From Veleropilina oligotropha (taxonomy: Eukaryota), in the NCBI GenBank assembly GCA_048128005.1, contig JBEUKZ010000054.1, forward strand, positions 744,001 to 808,000: 64,000 bases of DNA, written 5' to 3'. The position numbers and the translations under genes are program-made. Below are positions 32,576-46,825 of this stretch, piece after piece. A model generated the notes under the pieces. It worked only from the letters and a program-made list of their open reading frames with translations, was not told where the DNA came from and did not search any database. Each line of letters opens with the position of its first letter. The stretch's first letter is position 1.

Positions 32576-32602
32576 TGTATATACCAGTCTCTAATAGATA
32601 TT

Positions 32603-32884
32603 ATGACACTAAGATATCGAGCCCGGTGCACGGTGAGAAATAACCGGCATGTTAGACGTTGTGTAGTTATACTTGAAAGCAACATGCCACAGGAAGACAT
32701 TATTACGCTGTACAGCGAACGGAGCTTCAGGCGCGTTAAAAACCTCTTAAACCGGGGCTATAACGTTTTGATCGTTGTACTCGACAATGGTGAACAAGCG
32801 ATATATAAGAAGAAGACCAAAGACGGTAGAAAGGGAGTTGCACGAAATCAAACTCACCCCCCCTGCTACTGCTCGCATAACTGA
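32603..32884 (+). CDS. Possible basic viral protein ending inside the right TIR
   Basis: ATG ORF divergent from the zinc-finger gene. No motif recognised. Confidence 0.35.
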   Translation: MTLRYRARCTVRNNRHVRRCVVILESNMPQEDIITLYSERSFRRVKNLLNRGYNVLIVVLDNGEQAIYKKKTKDGRKGVARNQTHPPCYCSHN

Positions 32885-33126
32885 GGAGCCCGGGCCGGCG
32901 AGGGTAGTGGGCCGTCCCTGGGGGCTCTATGTCGCTGTACACACGGTAACTTTTTTGTAATACACGATATACCCTGGGGTCTGAAATATAGCTGGGAGCC
33001 TTCCCGGTCGCCCCGGGGCCCTAGTCTAAACTCCCCTGCTGACTAGTCCGAGCACCCTGAGTTCTGAAATAGGGCTGGGCGCTGTATTTTCCCATTCTAA
33101 AAAGTCTACTGACCCCCCCTGCTGCT
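32857..33126 (-). repeat. Right terminal inverted repeat
   Basis: Reverse complement of 16371-16640. Confidence 0.95.
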
Positions 33127-33744
33127 AGCTTATATATCCCAAGCTCCTTTTATGACGAGCAGGTTCCCGACAGATTTAATCGGGAACGGTTTTCACTAAA
33201 AATACTAATTAAAAAGACAGTAAAATGCATTGTAAATGCTTATGTAATATAAATAGGCATTTGTTTATACGTACCAGTTAACGTTTGGTAATTATCTTGT
33301 CATTATTCATAATTATGCCCAATTGTTTAACTGTGAAATTTGAATTGAATGGATCCGCCTCATTTTCGTATTCGTGATATGTAAAATATGATTTTGACAA
33401 AATGAGAAGTGCGCATTTAGTTTCGAACCATACTTGAGTCTTGTCAACACCTTATTTAATGATTTGCCCTTCCGGTCTCAATTCCGTTAATTCCATAAAT
33501 TTCATTAACCCTAATCGCCATCTTTGTTGTTTTCATTTTTCAAATGTCAGCGGCTGTTGGTAACTTTTTTAAAGTGACGTATCTGCATCAAATACAGAGA
33601 AGCTGTGCATTCGTCTTCTTCTTCCCATAAATCGCAAATCTCTAAAAGAGTAACGTCGCGAGCGTGCACGTGCTGGTGTCGGTCATCATGTGCACAAAAT
33701 ATATACAGTGCTCAGTGACTATGTACATCGGTTGGCTGGGGTTT

Positions 33745-34316
33745 CTACAGGAGTGTGTGGGTCCCGACCCTAGCTCGGAAAGCTTCTAGGGATGGAGCGC
33801 CAACCAGTGCTGCATGGAGACTGTTCCACAGGACTGCTGTTGATGGGAAGTAGGAGGATTGGTAGACCTTCATTCTGCAGTCAAGTTGTCTGAAGACCCG
33901 TGAGCGACCTCGAGTTGTGGTCAGGGCTTCTTGCATGTAGGCGCATGGGTGGACGGCGACCAGGTTGTTGACCATCCGGTACATCATGGTGACCTTCGTC
34001 TTGGCTCTTCGTTCGGCAAAAGTGCTCCATCCAATGTCGGCGAGCATCGGGGTGACACTGCTGGTACGTTTGTAGTCTGCCATGGTGTGGCGAGCCGCCC
34101 TTCGTTGAACCATCTCCAGTTTATTTGCGCTCTTGATGGAATTCGTAGCCCACACTATAGATGCGTATTCCATCACTGGTCTCACAAGGGTGGTGTAGCA
34201 AGCAGCCATGAGGTGTTTCAGGGTTTTCCGCAGGTATTTCTGTAGAAAGGCTCTTAGAGCCGTTTGCCTTGACCGCCGTGGAATGGACGTGGTGATTCCA
34301 GTTCAGCTTACAGTCT
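33745..34316 (-). pseudogene. 3' fragment of CR1/L2-type LINE
   Basis: YTTLVRPVMEYASIVW, LEMVQRRAAR and YFPSTAVLWNSL motifs, with a frameshift. Confidence 0.85.
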
Positions 34317-35520
34317 ATATATATATATATGTGTACATGATTCATTTCTTATCTGGGAGTAAATATTATGACAGTAAGTATAATGCTGTACGATATTGCT
34401 TATATTTTGAACGTTTTCTAATTTCAATAATCAGAGATTAGAAGTAGTTATTGCAATTATACAAGGCACTACACGAAGATGATTCAGTACCTGTATTAGT
34501 GTATAATTAAAGCATAAATAGCATCTAGTACCCGGTAAACATATACGAAGGTGTGGTGTTACTTCATAAAAGTACGCATGAAGAACCAATTCGCCCTGAT
34601 CCGAACGCAGTTATAATACCTTGTTTACGTTCCATAAAGAGGTCACCGTGTTTAATGCGCAGCCGTGGACTATTTATAGAAACATTACGACAACAATCAC
34701 AACAATAAACAATCACCACGCGACGATACGTGAAGACAGACTGACTTATCCTAATAACAATCAGGTCAACATGCATGCATATTCATAAAGACACAAATAT
34801 GCATATCTTACCAAAATATATACATACACACTAATATATACAAGAAAATGTTACTAAATAACAAGCTTTTCGCGAAGACCCACAAATGTCGGAAATGTCA
34901 TTCACGTCAAATGAGCAGAGCTAGCATCTACGAGGCCGTAGTTTCGTACTTTTCTAATTAACGTATAATTTCATAAATCGGCATATTCGTTGATCTACTT
35001 GCAACAATTAAACATGTATTTAAAAAAACACACACAGTAATGATATTGACGCATTAGCGAGTCTTACCTACCTATTCTTATACTACCAAAGACCAGTAGC
35101 ATTTTGAGCCACGGTGCGGGATAAGCGCTGTCATCTTATCGGTCAGCCAATCAGAAAAGTTGCCGTCAGCCCAATAAGAACCTGCCTAATCATCAAAGGC
35201 GACAGAATCAGGTGTAATGTCTATATTTAGAGTAGACGGTTGCATCAGATGATATATTGAATTTGTGATTAAAAATAATATTATAATTCGACATACGAGT
35301 GTTATTACAACAAGAAAGAAGTAAGCACAGCTTACATACCTCCGTTCGTGCTTTCAATAATAATTATAGTCTCTGTCAATGTTATATCCGTCGCTATTCT
35401 TTAAAAAATAAGAAATCTCTGCAGACGCTGCGGCGAAAGGATGACTAAACCATAGTGTTCCCGACCATAGTCTGGGGATTCAATAATATATGAACCCTGG
35501 TCAGTTGAGGAGAGTTATAT

Positions 35521-38500
35521 TGTGATGCTTTTGCCAGGATGCATTACACGTGGGCGCGTGCGATTTGCATCACAAGCGCGAATAACGCTGGTGCCTTGCT
35601 TGTCACATTCATACAGTAAACTACTAATATGATCCGCTGGCCAATGCGGAACATGCTAGACTCAACATGTGGCCATCTACATTACACTATCCCCCTGTTT
35701 TAAATATAAGCGCACTACAAAATTTCAATTCTAACAGCTAACATCTAATTAGGTACAATAAATCGAGAATTTCAGGATATATTTCAAGCTAATCTTTAAA
35801 TTTGGCTGGCAAGCGAAGATGTCGTCCGCTTCGTGAAGTTTTATCATCAGGCACAACGGGACACTGTGTCCCAGAGGTGGTACAAGTAGCTTCGGGATCA
35901 GCAGGTCCTTCAATCGTGGCGCCGGCTTCGCTTTGGATGTTGGAGACGACGTCATCATCCACGTGATTAGGACACCGTGTCCCCAACTCAGTGTCCCCTT
36001 CCTGGTTTCCTTCATGTTCGTGTGACGCTATTATCTGTCTTCTGTATTGGGTCACCCATGCTGGTGCTGACTCTACACAGCATGGCTTTAATCGGTCATA
36101 GTGGAGTACTTCGCATCTTTCTTGTTGCGTCCTTCATTAAGGACAGGTCCAATGACTTTACTTATGATGTGTGGACCTTTCCACTGAGCTTGCAGTTTAG
36201 GACTTCGACCGATCTTCCTGGTAGAATCGAGCACGTAGACCAAATCTCCGGGGGCATAGTGATGTTCATGCTTTCGGAGGTCATGTGGTCTTTTTTGTCC
36301 CAATGAGGCCGTTTTAAGAAATTATCTGGCTGTTTCGTGAGATTTCTGCAATGACGATAGTAATTCATTGATGTTGTCAGCTTGATTCTTTGGTGAATTG
36401 TCGACATTGAGTAACCCAAAAATTACATCTTGCGGCAGGCGAACCTCACGTCCTAGCATCAACCGGTTAGGGTTAGACCTGTACTGGTATGAGGTGTGCT
36501 TCGGTAAGCGCCAGTCAACAAATATAAGTGTTCATCCCAATCATCTTGACTTTGGCTAACAAAGCATCGCATCATCTGGACCAGAGTTCTATTCAATCGG
36601 TCGACTAGTCCATTAGATGCGGGATGGTAGGGGGTAGTTCTCGTTTTGGCCCAACCAAGTAGTCTTCCCAGTTCTGCCATGAGGTTGCTGTCAAAGTTTT
36701 TTCCTTGGTCAGTATGCATTTCAAAAGGAATACCAAACCGGGATATGAATTCCCGGACGACTGCTTCTGCTACAGTTGTTGCAGTTTGGTCAGCAAGAGG
36801 GTATGATTCTGTCCATTTAGAAAATTGGTCTACCAGCACCAATATATACTTGTTGCCACGACGTGATCGAGGAAATGGTCCTAAGATATCCATTTGTACC
36901 CTATCCATGGGTTACCCTGCTTGATACACTTGCATGCTGGCACGGCCGGGATGCATGTACCGCTTTTTGTGCACAGAACATTCCTTGCATGAGGCAATGT
37001 ACGTTGCTATGTCGTCCGACATTTTGAACCAGTAAAATTGTTGTCGTAGCCTATTCATGGTTCTGGGGATCCCTGGATGTCCTGATAGTACTGTTGTGTG
37101 ACAGCAGTTGAGTGCAAGCTGCTTAAGAGTATCAGGGACTAGAAGCAGATTCGCGCCCCTACATTACTCTCCCACCTGTAGAACAGCACTTCAGACTCAC
37201 ATTGAATTTGGTCAAAGCATAGCCAGTAGTGCCTGAGGGCTGGTGTTTCCCTGAGGACATCTCTTCGGTGTCCCATTCCGCAACCATGAATATAACACCT
37301 TTATGACTGGGTCTAGACTCTTCCTGTTGTGCCTCTTTGGTGTCTTTCAGCGTGTAACCCTGAAGCCAAATGGGTAGAAGGGAACTGGTATTCTCTTCTT
37401 CAGATCTATGTCCGTCGATGCGCCGAATTGATATTGGCAGAACGCCGTCCACCTCTGCAGTGAATGTGGTCCACTCTTCGTGAACCCTCGTGCAATGCTT
37501 ACAGCCCCAGCATGGAAGTTGTATCGGGTCTATCCCTGCTCTGTAGCAATCGCATTCCCCTGTGTCTGGTATACGTTACGTGATAGAGCATCAGCGTTGC
37601 CATGATCCGCTCCTCTTCTGTGCTGAATCACCACCTCGAACTGACTGAGTTGTTCCAACCACCTTGCTAGCTGTCCTTGTGGTGCTTTAAATCTGTACAA
37701 CCATACAATAGATCCATGGCCAGTTCTCAGGATAAACTCGCGACCTAAGAGATAATGCTTAAATTTATCCATAAAGGTCACGACTGCAAGGAGCTCTCGA
37801 CGAGTAACACAATACTTCTCCTGAGCCGGTCCTAAGCGTTTGCTGGTATAGGCTATCACACTCTTCTTTCTGTCCTGTAGTTGAGAGAGCAATGCCCCTA
37901 TTGCAGTATTTGAAGCATCTGTGTCAAGAATAAACGTCTCCTCTGGCAGCCGGGAAAGCCAGTATCGGCGGCGATATCAAACATTCTTTCATGCGATCCA
38001 TAGCGCGTTGCTGGTCGTCATTCCAAATAAATCGGACTGCTTTTGGCAATAGGTCATATAGAGGTTGTGCGATCTCTGCATAGTGATTGATAAACTGACG
38101 GTTGTAATTGGTCAGGCCCAAAAATGCTTGCAACTCCTTAATGTTCTTGGGTCTTGGTCATTCTTTTACGATGCTCGTTAGCTCCTTGTTTGTCTCAATC
38201 CCGGCAGCGCTTATATAGTGACCAAGAAACAGAACCCTTGTCTGAAACAGATGGCATTTCTTTGGTTTTAGTTTCAGATTGTGCTGGCAATGATCACATC
38301 ATCCAACCATTTCCCATTGCAGGCCTCTTAGGACCAATTCCATAGCCCTCTGGAAAGTACTTGGTGAACCACACAGACCGAATGGCATACGAGTGTACTC
38401 AAACAGGCCATATCGTGTAATGAATGCCGTCTTTTTCTGGTCTTCTTGCGCCACTTCTATTTGATGGTATCCGCTTTGTAAATCCAGGGTAGAAAATACT

Positions 38501-38735
38501 GAAGCACCTGACAATGTATCCAAACATTCTTCGATGTTGGGAAGGGGATAAGAGTCCTTCATTGTGACAGCATTGAGCTTCCTATAGTCGATGCACCATC
38601 TGACGCCACCATCTTTCTTCCGCACCAGTACGACCGGTGCAGCCCAATCAAATTTGGATGGCACCTCGGCGCCACTTCTAAGAAGATGATCCAAATGTTG
38701 CTTTTCCTCTCCTTGGAATCCGTGCAGGTTGTCAT
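35521..38735 (-). mobile_element. Decayed Ty3/Gypsy LTR retrotransposon (RT, RNase H, integrase, probable 3' LTR)
   Basis: RT: VRWCIDYRKLN, LDLQSGYHQI, MPFGL. RNase H: ELLAVV, NADALSR. Integrase: HTDQGKNF, TTPYHPASNG, WKGPH. Polypurine tract at ~35687-35697 next to a TG start. Many frameshifts. Confidence 0.9.
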
Positions 38736-39137
38736 CAACTATGAATTCAGAGCTTGAGTGAAGTGATTGAAATTATGAGCTATGCGTAGCATACTAATGC
38801 AACTCGATCAAGTTCGTACATTGCCTTTGGTACTAATTAATTAATGATGCTAAATTGGATAAACTAAAGACCAGAATATATATATATATTTCATGATGTC
38901 GTGTTCTTGTATTAATGTCATTATTGAATATATACATTTAGAATATGTTTCCCGAAACTCTAAAATTTTTGGTCAAAGAAAATGGTCAATATATAGCCAC
39001 GAGTGCAGAAATACGATCCCCCCGGAGGGGATGGAATGCCCCCGGACCCCTCTTGTTTATCGGGGCCTTCAAGCCCTCGAGGTTCACGGCCTTCGGCCAT
39101 TCACAATTATGACTCCTGCTATTCATACAGGTTGGGA

Positions 39138-39619
39138 GCTCTGAACCTGACCAATGCTAAACTGCTTCCGACGGGCCTGAAGCTCTGAGCCTGACCAATG
39201 CCGAACTGCTTCCGACGGGCCTGAAGCTCTGAACCCGACCAATGCCGAACTGCTTCCGACGGGCCTGAAGCTCTGAACCTGACCAATGCCGAACTGCTTC
39301 CGACGGGCCTGAAGCTCTGAGCCTGACCAATGCCGAACTGCTTCCGACGGGCCTGAAGCTCTGAGCCTGACCAATGCCGAACTGCTTCCGACGGGCCTGA
39401 AGCTCTGAACCTGACCAATGCCGAACTGCTTCCGACGGGCCTGAAGCTCTGAACCTGACCAATGCCAAACTGCTTCCGACGGGCCTGAAGCTCTGAACCT
39501 GACCAATGCCAAACTGCTTCCGACGGGCCTGAAGCTCTGAACCTGACCAATGCCAAACTGCTTCCGACGGGCCTGAAGCTCTGAACCTGACCAATGCCGA
39601 ACTGCTTCCGACGGGCCTG
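39138..39619. repeat. 44-bp minisatellite, ~11 copies
   Basis: Unit ctgaagctctgaacctgaccaatgccgaactgcttccgacgggc. Confidence 0.95.
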
Positions 39620-40870
39620 TTTAAACATAATATTAACTTGTACCGCTGCATGTATAGGCTTGTACAGATTGGCTGGTAATCGAGTACCGCTGCATGTATA
39701 GGCTTGTACAGATTGGCTGGTAATCGAGCCTCATCTTCTTCTTTATGTGCATGTCTTGTAACACCAGCCTTCAGGCCCTATATGTTATTGACGGTCATGC
39801 TTTGCCAGTCATTTCGTGATCGCGTCTTATTTTGTATCTTGCAGAATGTCATTGCATGGCGTTTTCTCCTGTTCAGCGTTTAGCATTTTCCAAGAGTGTT
39901 GTTTTCTGGCATCCAACTGACACGCTTTCCACATATCTTACCAATTGTCGATCTCGCCAAGTTCATCTCCAAAAGTACGGCTAGTTTTCGCCGAAGCAAG
40001 CGTCGACACCTGGAAAAGTCTTTTTCCAAGTTGTCGGCCAAGGTAGAGGATGGGCGAAAGGATCTACTACCACTTAAGATCAAGATCAAAGCCGAACTTC
40101 AGTCACGGGATATGAAATATTTACCACCAGACCACTCCTTATGGAAATTCACAACGCCCGATAAAGGAAGGTGTCTCTTACAGACATCTAGATTCATTGA
40201 AGTCACATATTGAGTAACAGACTGTCATATATCACTGATAACAACTTGGCTACGACTGAAGGCGGTGGCTCTTAAATTAATTCAGCGAGCAGATTCACTA
40301 GACATACACATAATATTATTATCTCTGAACTTTTGAGTCTTAAGTTACAGGAACGTCTTCAAACTACCCGTCATAAACGCCGCACCATTACGGGTATATT
40401 CTTTGGTGCCGTAACCTCAGATGTCTTAAGACGTCACCACATTAACCCTGGCACCACATCATTTATGCAATATCTGACAGATATGATCACTGGAAGAAAG
40501 TCCTGTTGCACGAGAAAACCAGATCGCACCAGCACCTGTTATGGATACTAGTATCTACTATGATTGACTGATAAATGAACCAAGTGCCCAGACGAGGGTT
40601 CGAACCCACTCCTGTTAATCAGAACACCCAAGCGAGTAATTAAGGAATCATGTTATTACTACACCACAGGGCGGCCCTTTTAATTTTATTAATTAAAAAT
40701 GTAAATTATTGGATTATTTAAAATTCCAAAGTGTCAATTATGTATATGTCTATATATTGGTCATGTCCCTAATCTATAGAACGATCTTCGTTCGATGCAA
40801 ACCGTTTAGGCCTATATAGACACGCAGATGCTGATCATGCAAGGTCAGTTGTAGCATCTCCATCGTAAAG

Positions 40871-41660
40871 GTTATGGCTCAGTTGGCCAGAGGTATGAAG
40901 ATGCGAATCGATCGCGCCAGTTTATGGCTCAGTTGGCCAGAGGTATGAAGATGCGAATCGATCGCGCCAGTTAATGGTACAGTTGGCCAGAGGTATGAAG
41001 ATGCGAATCGATCGCGCCAGTTAATGGTTCAGTTGGCCAGAGGTATGAAGATGCGAATCGATCGCGCCAGTTTATGGCTCAGTTGGCCAGAGGTATGAAG
41101 ATGCGAATCGATCGCGCCAGTTAATGGTTCAGTTGGCCAGAGGTATGAAGATGCGAATCGATCGCGCCAGTTAATGGTTCAGTTGGCCAGAGGTATGAAG
41201 ATGCGAATCGATCGCGCTAGTTTATGGTTCAGTTGGCCAGAGGTATGACGATGCGAATCGATCGCGCCAGTTTATGGTTCAGAGGTATGAAGATGCGAAT
41301 CGATCGCGCCAGTTTATGGTTCAGATGACCAGAGGTATGAAGATGCGAATCGATCGCGCCAGTTTATGGTTCAGATGACCAGAGGTATGAAGATGCAAAT
41401 CGATCGCGCCAGTTTATGGTTCAGATGACCAGAGGTATGAAGATGCGAATCGATCGCGCCAGTTAATGGTTCAGATGACCAGAGGTATGAAGATGCGAAT
41501 CGATCGCGCCAGTTTATGGTTCAGATGACCAGAGGTATGAAGATGCGAATCGATCGCGCCAGTATATGGTTCAGTTGGCCAGAGGTATGAAGATGCGAAT
41601 CGATCGCGCTAGTTTATGGTTCAGTTGGCCAGATGTATGAAGATACGAGTCAATCGGGCC
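40871..41660. repeat. 50-bp minisatellite, ~16 copies
   Basis: Unit gtttatggttcagttggccagaggtatgaagatgcgaatcgatcgcgcca. Confidence 0.95.
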
Positions 41661-43589
41661 AAACTCATAGGGAAGCTAGTGTCCTCCGAGACATCACCAT
41701 TTTATGTGGTGTCGGCCAGGAATATGGATTCGGGGATTATGGAACCCAGCCATCATTTACGAGGATCGGATTCATTTGATTGGATATGATTATTAAAGTG
41801 AGGACAATACACCCGACACTGCTGTTACGATTGTCACGTCCCACAGGTACAGAATTTTTTTTTTTTAAATAAACTGACGGTCAATTACATAAGAAATTCA
41901 ACACGTATGTCATCAGATCGTACTAGCTTAATAATGATTTCGGAAACCCCGTGTTCTGATGAAGTCGATAAATAGATTGAAAAAGACCTTGCCAGCACAA
42001 CTATCATTTTTTTGTGCGGAAACTTATACCCAATAGCCAAAAACGAATATGCAGAGTCAGATGCTATATATAAATCTCACCAATGCCACTTTCAGCGGAA
42101 GAAATATATGCGCAATGTATAAATAATATACCTCGCCGATAACAAGCTTAATTGGTCGTAATGTCGATTGGCGTGGAATGTTTGACGCCAAAGAAGAACG
42201 TGCTGCGCGCTATTTTGATAAATGATTCATGAGTTTAGACATTGATTCTTCATCAGTTACTAGCCGGCTGCACAAACGTTAATTCACAGTTAATGACTTA
42301 TATTTGCATTAAATAATAATACGGTGGCGGAAAATCACTACTCTGCCCACTGAGCATCTAGCGATTCATCTGAAGGGTATGCAAATAATACATCACGTCA
42401 CAGAAGTCCGATTTATATTAAAGTAATGTTGACATCGAAATCGCCAGATGAATCCGTAAAATATGATATTGAATTTTCCAATCTTTACATAATCAATATT
42501 GGTAGATGTTTGTGCCACTATAGGTGAGCGTCAGCCACACAAGGGAGTAGGTGAGACGTGTGTCTAGTGGTTTTCTTCTGATGTTTATCTTCACGTTGTG
42601 TTTGTAACTTCCCGGACAGGAATCTTCTCGTGCTCGGCTAAGATTTGAGGTACCCTTCACTGTTATATAGTTGACGACAAAGCGCAGTAAAGGAACATTA
42701 AATTTAATTGATAAATCCAAAGCCACAGTTGATCATTAACTGCGACTACAGTTCCATATATAATAAAACCACGTACATCAGTGGTAAGTTTCAGTAGTAA
42801 ATAATCTCAGTAATTATATAAGTCCCTGTGGTATCGGGTACGTACTTAATAGTTGAAGTGGTTACTTCTCGAAATTCATAAGGCGAAAATAAAGAATTTC
42901 AATGGAAGCTTCCCAATTTAAAAGTGAGCCCAGCCGAGACCGCAAGGAATAGGTCTGTAACGAAATAAGTGGCCGGACTGCCGCGCACTTCTCGGGGGCC
43001 AGATTAAATACGCGTGTCTCTTAAACAATATCTGGATCTAATTGGTTTTTAATTTCTTGTGCGTGACTTGCAATGCCAAATTACACTAATTAATGAGGCT
43101 GTCGGTGCTGGCCAAATTAGACTAATTAATAGGTCAATCAAGGAGGCTAATTAATAGGCCAAACAATGAGGCTACATAATAGGTTAATTGATAGGACCAT
43201 TATGAAACAATGTTGTTCGGTTTCAGTTATAAAAGTAAGCAAATTATCCAAAGTGTGTCTTTTAATCGGATCGATACTTCAAGATCTGTATATTTACCAC
43301 CTTCAAGTTTAAGGCAGGACAGGTCCATATTATCGCGGGGAAACCCGCCCTCTCAGGTTAGTTACGGACAATTGTGATTGATAACTGAACGAAGAATGTC
43401 ATGCCCCAACCGAGATTCGAGCTCTCTCGTGTTAGTTAATGCAATCGAGCCAGCGATTGCAGAGTCGCCACTTGAAACTACACGACAACCGGGGCGGCCT
43501 TTCTTTTAATCATACATACTACTTTATATCATCATCATCATCAGTCCCTCGACTGCACCAGTCGACTCGAGCGCTGAAGTCCTTCTCCA

Positions 43590-44845
43590 TGCTGATTGAT
43601 TGATTGATGGATTTATACAGGAAGGATGCACATCCACGCAAGGATAACACAGAAATCATTAAAATGCTCATTTCCACTGTGGTCCACATATATACATAAT
43701 AACAATAACACAATAAAATAATATATATATATATACAAACATACTAATATAAATATTATGCTATACAATCTATGAAGACAATTTAAAAAAACGGATTACA
43801 AGTTTAAACGTTGTTACTGGTGTAAGTGGCATGATACTCATTTTGCAAGAAAGTTTTAAATTTCTGTTTAATTAAAGCATTGGATGAACAATGTTGAATA
43901 TTTGAGGGTATAGAGTTCCAGGCACGGTAAGCAGTATAGGAGAATGACTTTTGACCCGCTGCCAGATATCTGGGAATATGCAAAGTGGATTGACTGTGGC
44001 GCGTAAAATGACTATGAATTGGAGTGTTTTGGATGACATCCTTTGTGAGGTAGGATGGAGCTGCACCTGAGGTAATTTTATGCATGTGAACAAGCTTAAT
44101 GTATCTTACCCTGTATTTAGGAAGCCATCGTAATCTTGAGAATTCATCGGGACCTACGTGCGAACTTGTATTGAGATTTAACACGAATCGGATAACTTTA
44201 TTTTGGCAGGTTTGTAGACGATGCATGTATGTTTTAGGTAAGCCACTATATACCAGTAGGAGCAGGCATAATCAAAGTGACAGAGAATCAAAGCAGATGC
44301 TAATAATTTGCGAGTGTATCCAAATTGTTTGTCCTTCTGTATAAGACTTTGAGTCTTGATGTAGATGTTTTGATTACATTATCTGCCATGGTTTTTCCCG
44401 TAAGTGATTGAGCAAGAGAAGCACCGAGGTAATGCTGAAATTTTGTGAGTCTTGTTTAGCTAACCTTGGTTTTGAGCCAAACAGGATTGAATCGGTCTTG
44501 CCAAAGTGAATGGACAGTTTATTATCAACTAGCCAATTATAGATGGATTCTAATTCCTTGCTAAGTGTGGATTGAATAATATTTATATTGTTGCGAGATA
44601 CCAACAAAGTTGTGTCATCGGCATATAATAAAAATTTACAAGAAACAGCAGATGGCATATCATATACATACAAAGAAAATAGCAAGGGGCCAAGAATGGA
44701 CCCATGTGGCACAACACAGTAGGACTTGACACAAAGTACTGTTTGTTATCTACTCCACAAGCATCTAATTTGTTTAAGAGAATTTCATGGTTGACGGTGT
44801 TAAATGCTTTTTGAAAATCTAGAACAATAGTCCCGGAGTCAAGAG
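43590..44845 (-). pseudogene. CR1/L2-type LINE RT and 3' end
   Basis: PHGSILGPLLF, LYADDTTLL and WLVDNKLSIH motifs; (ATCA)n-like tail near 43593-43610. Confidence 0.85.
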
Positions 44846-46560
44846 GTGGTACCTTGTTTTTTTTATATATATGAACTTTTTCAACGGTTTCTGTATGATT
44901 TTTACGTGCTGATCACGAATCTGATGAGTGCCAGTCAACCAACCTTGAGCATTTTTGGCAAAATGGAAAATCCAAGATGGCTGCCACCAAAAAGTGTAAA
45001 TCTAATAACTTTGATATCATTAATTAAGACCATATAGGACAAAAATATGTATGAAATGTCTTTTTATATGTTTTCATATAAAACAAATGCAAACGAAACA
45101 ATCAATACATTAAATGGTGATCGCGAATACGATTTTGTAAAAATCCAAGAGGGCGGCTGTATAAGAGTGCGCATGAAGCAATTATTAGATACAAAAATAG
45201 ATGCATCAGGATGGCAGTGGTTTTTGGTTACAAAATCTATATTATAAATGTTAATAGATGATCATGGAATATTTTAAAATTATTGCATTGTATAGCTTGG
45301 ACATTTATCATTTGTGTTGAAACTGTAAACAATGGCCGGTCATCATAACGTACATATATAAACCCATAAAAACAAATTAAAATGATGGCATAGCGAAATA
45401 TATGATCGAAAGTAAAAATTGAAATAAATCATGTTCAATAGTAGCACATACGTGGAACATATTTCTTAGCTTACAGGGCTGAATTTTGACGTAACTCACT
45501 TTTGCATTCTTAATTCACAGCAAGCTAATGCATATTTGGTGCAAGAACAAATTGCTGTTCTGCATTCAGCTTACATATAGATAGTGGCTGTTCACAATAT
45601 TGAAAACACCAACATGAGCGATCAGATGACCTGGCATTATGTGCACTGGTGCTAGTGCAAATGCATTCATGACCCTTTCCCAGTTCAGAAGGTTTATTTG
45701 TTTTGGTGGCGTGAGCTCGCAGACAATGGGACGTGAATGTAGGAAGTAGATTTTTCAGTAGACAATTTCGTGGTACTGAATCTATCACTTTTTCCTGTTA
45801 ATTACAGAGCGGCGTTGACTTTCAATGAAGAATAAAAAACTTCAGTTTGTGAATTTGACATCTGTTTAAGAACTGTTTAAGAAAGGGTTTCTAATCATGG
45901 TAGCAAGTTATTGGAGACAGTGGTCTTGCCTATTTGGAACAAGGATGTATACCGTATCACAACCAATCAATGCGTGAGCCGCAAGTTGGTTGGGAAGCTT
46001 ATAGCTTTGCTCGCTGAGTGTTTCTGAATTCCCGCTCATTCGAGCATGCAAGTGATGAGAAAGAAGAAGCACAAACATGCCACCAGAACTACTTTGATAT
46101 GCAAGTGCCCTGCTGTATACATATATCATAAGATATATCATTATGACATCCGCTTCTTCGTGTGGTACTGCATTTTGTTGTCGCCTCACTCCAACTTCGA
46201 TGGGATGTGGATCAGATCCGGTGACCATAAGTTATCAGATACCGTCATACCACATGATCTGTTGACAGCACTCTTTATGATTTATTCTTCGGTAGCAGTT
46301 ACATTCCAGATCCTGTATTGTTTAAGAAGTGGTGTCTCTTTTCGGAGTTTGTTCTGCAACTTGCTTAAACACCTTTGGCACTCAGAGAATTGTATAGATC
46401 AAACAAATAACGGGGCTGACAACGGAAACATTCACTTGAGCTGACATTTTGACTGGTGAGTGTGCCAATGGATGACCATGTATACGGTAATAACACAGTC
46501 ACCAATAATTACCATTATTGGTGATTTTATTATGCATCTTTGTCAACTGTGACGTCGTCC
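44846..46560 (-). mobile_element. Decayed DNA transposon fragment, Academ-like (XPG-type nuclease motifs)
   Basis: HEEAD and HALIGCDTV motifs in ORF 45908-46228. Boundaries are approximate. Confidence 0.45.
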
Positions 46561-46619
46561 TTCAAAACAGACTGTTAAGATGGTCGTATTTCCCCACTCT
46601 CTTCACAACTGCATGGTTT

Positions 46620-46825
46620 GAGCGTCGAAAAAACGTTATGTGGGACGGTATATGTGGGTTCAAGCCCGCTCCGGCCTGACTTATTCTAATGCTTAAAACT
46701 AATAGATGGCATATCCCTAATGTATGTCGGTCAGATCGGAGTGAGACCTTAAACCGGGTGTCTCGACCACATTAAGGCTGAAAAATTGCCAAAGGGGTCG
46801 TAAAACAAATTTGTCAACTCAACCC
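46620..46825 (+). mobile_element. 5'-truncated tRNA-derived SINE (family A)
   Basis: Near-identical to 59750-59988 and 63360-63593. Confidence 0.75.

Larger units (their letters stand above)
16371..33126. mobile_element. Complete endogenous Polinton/Maverick-like virus (16,756 bp)
   Basis: 270-bp TIRs with AG...CT termini. AGCTT is duplicated at 16366-16370 and 33127-33131. Integrase, MCP, penton, packaging ATPase and replication ORFs are uninterrupted, and GC content is visibly higher than in the flanks. Confidence 0.95.

Noticed and set aside
16371..33126. Bacterial prophage or contaminant contig
   Set aside because: The rve integrase, TIR/TSD junctions into animal repeat DNA and Polinton-type capsid module argue for a eukaryotic endogenous virus.
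39896..40213. 105-aa basic ORF, possibly a Penelope-like element N-terminal remnant
   Set aside because: No catalytic motif is visible, so I cannot support a call.
39119..41660. Possible CRISPR arrays (also 1619-3476, 11808-12160, 13162-13765)
   Set aside because: Head-to-tail repeats with no unique spacers, no cas genes, and a eukaryotic context.
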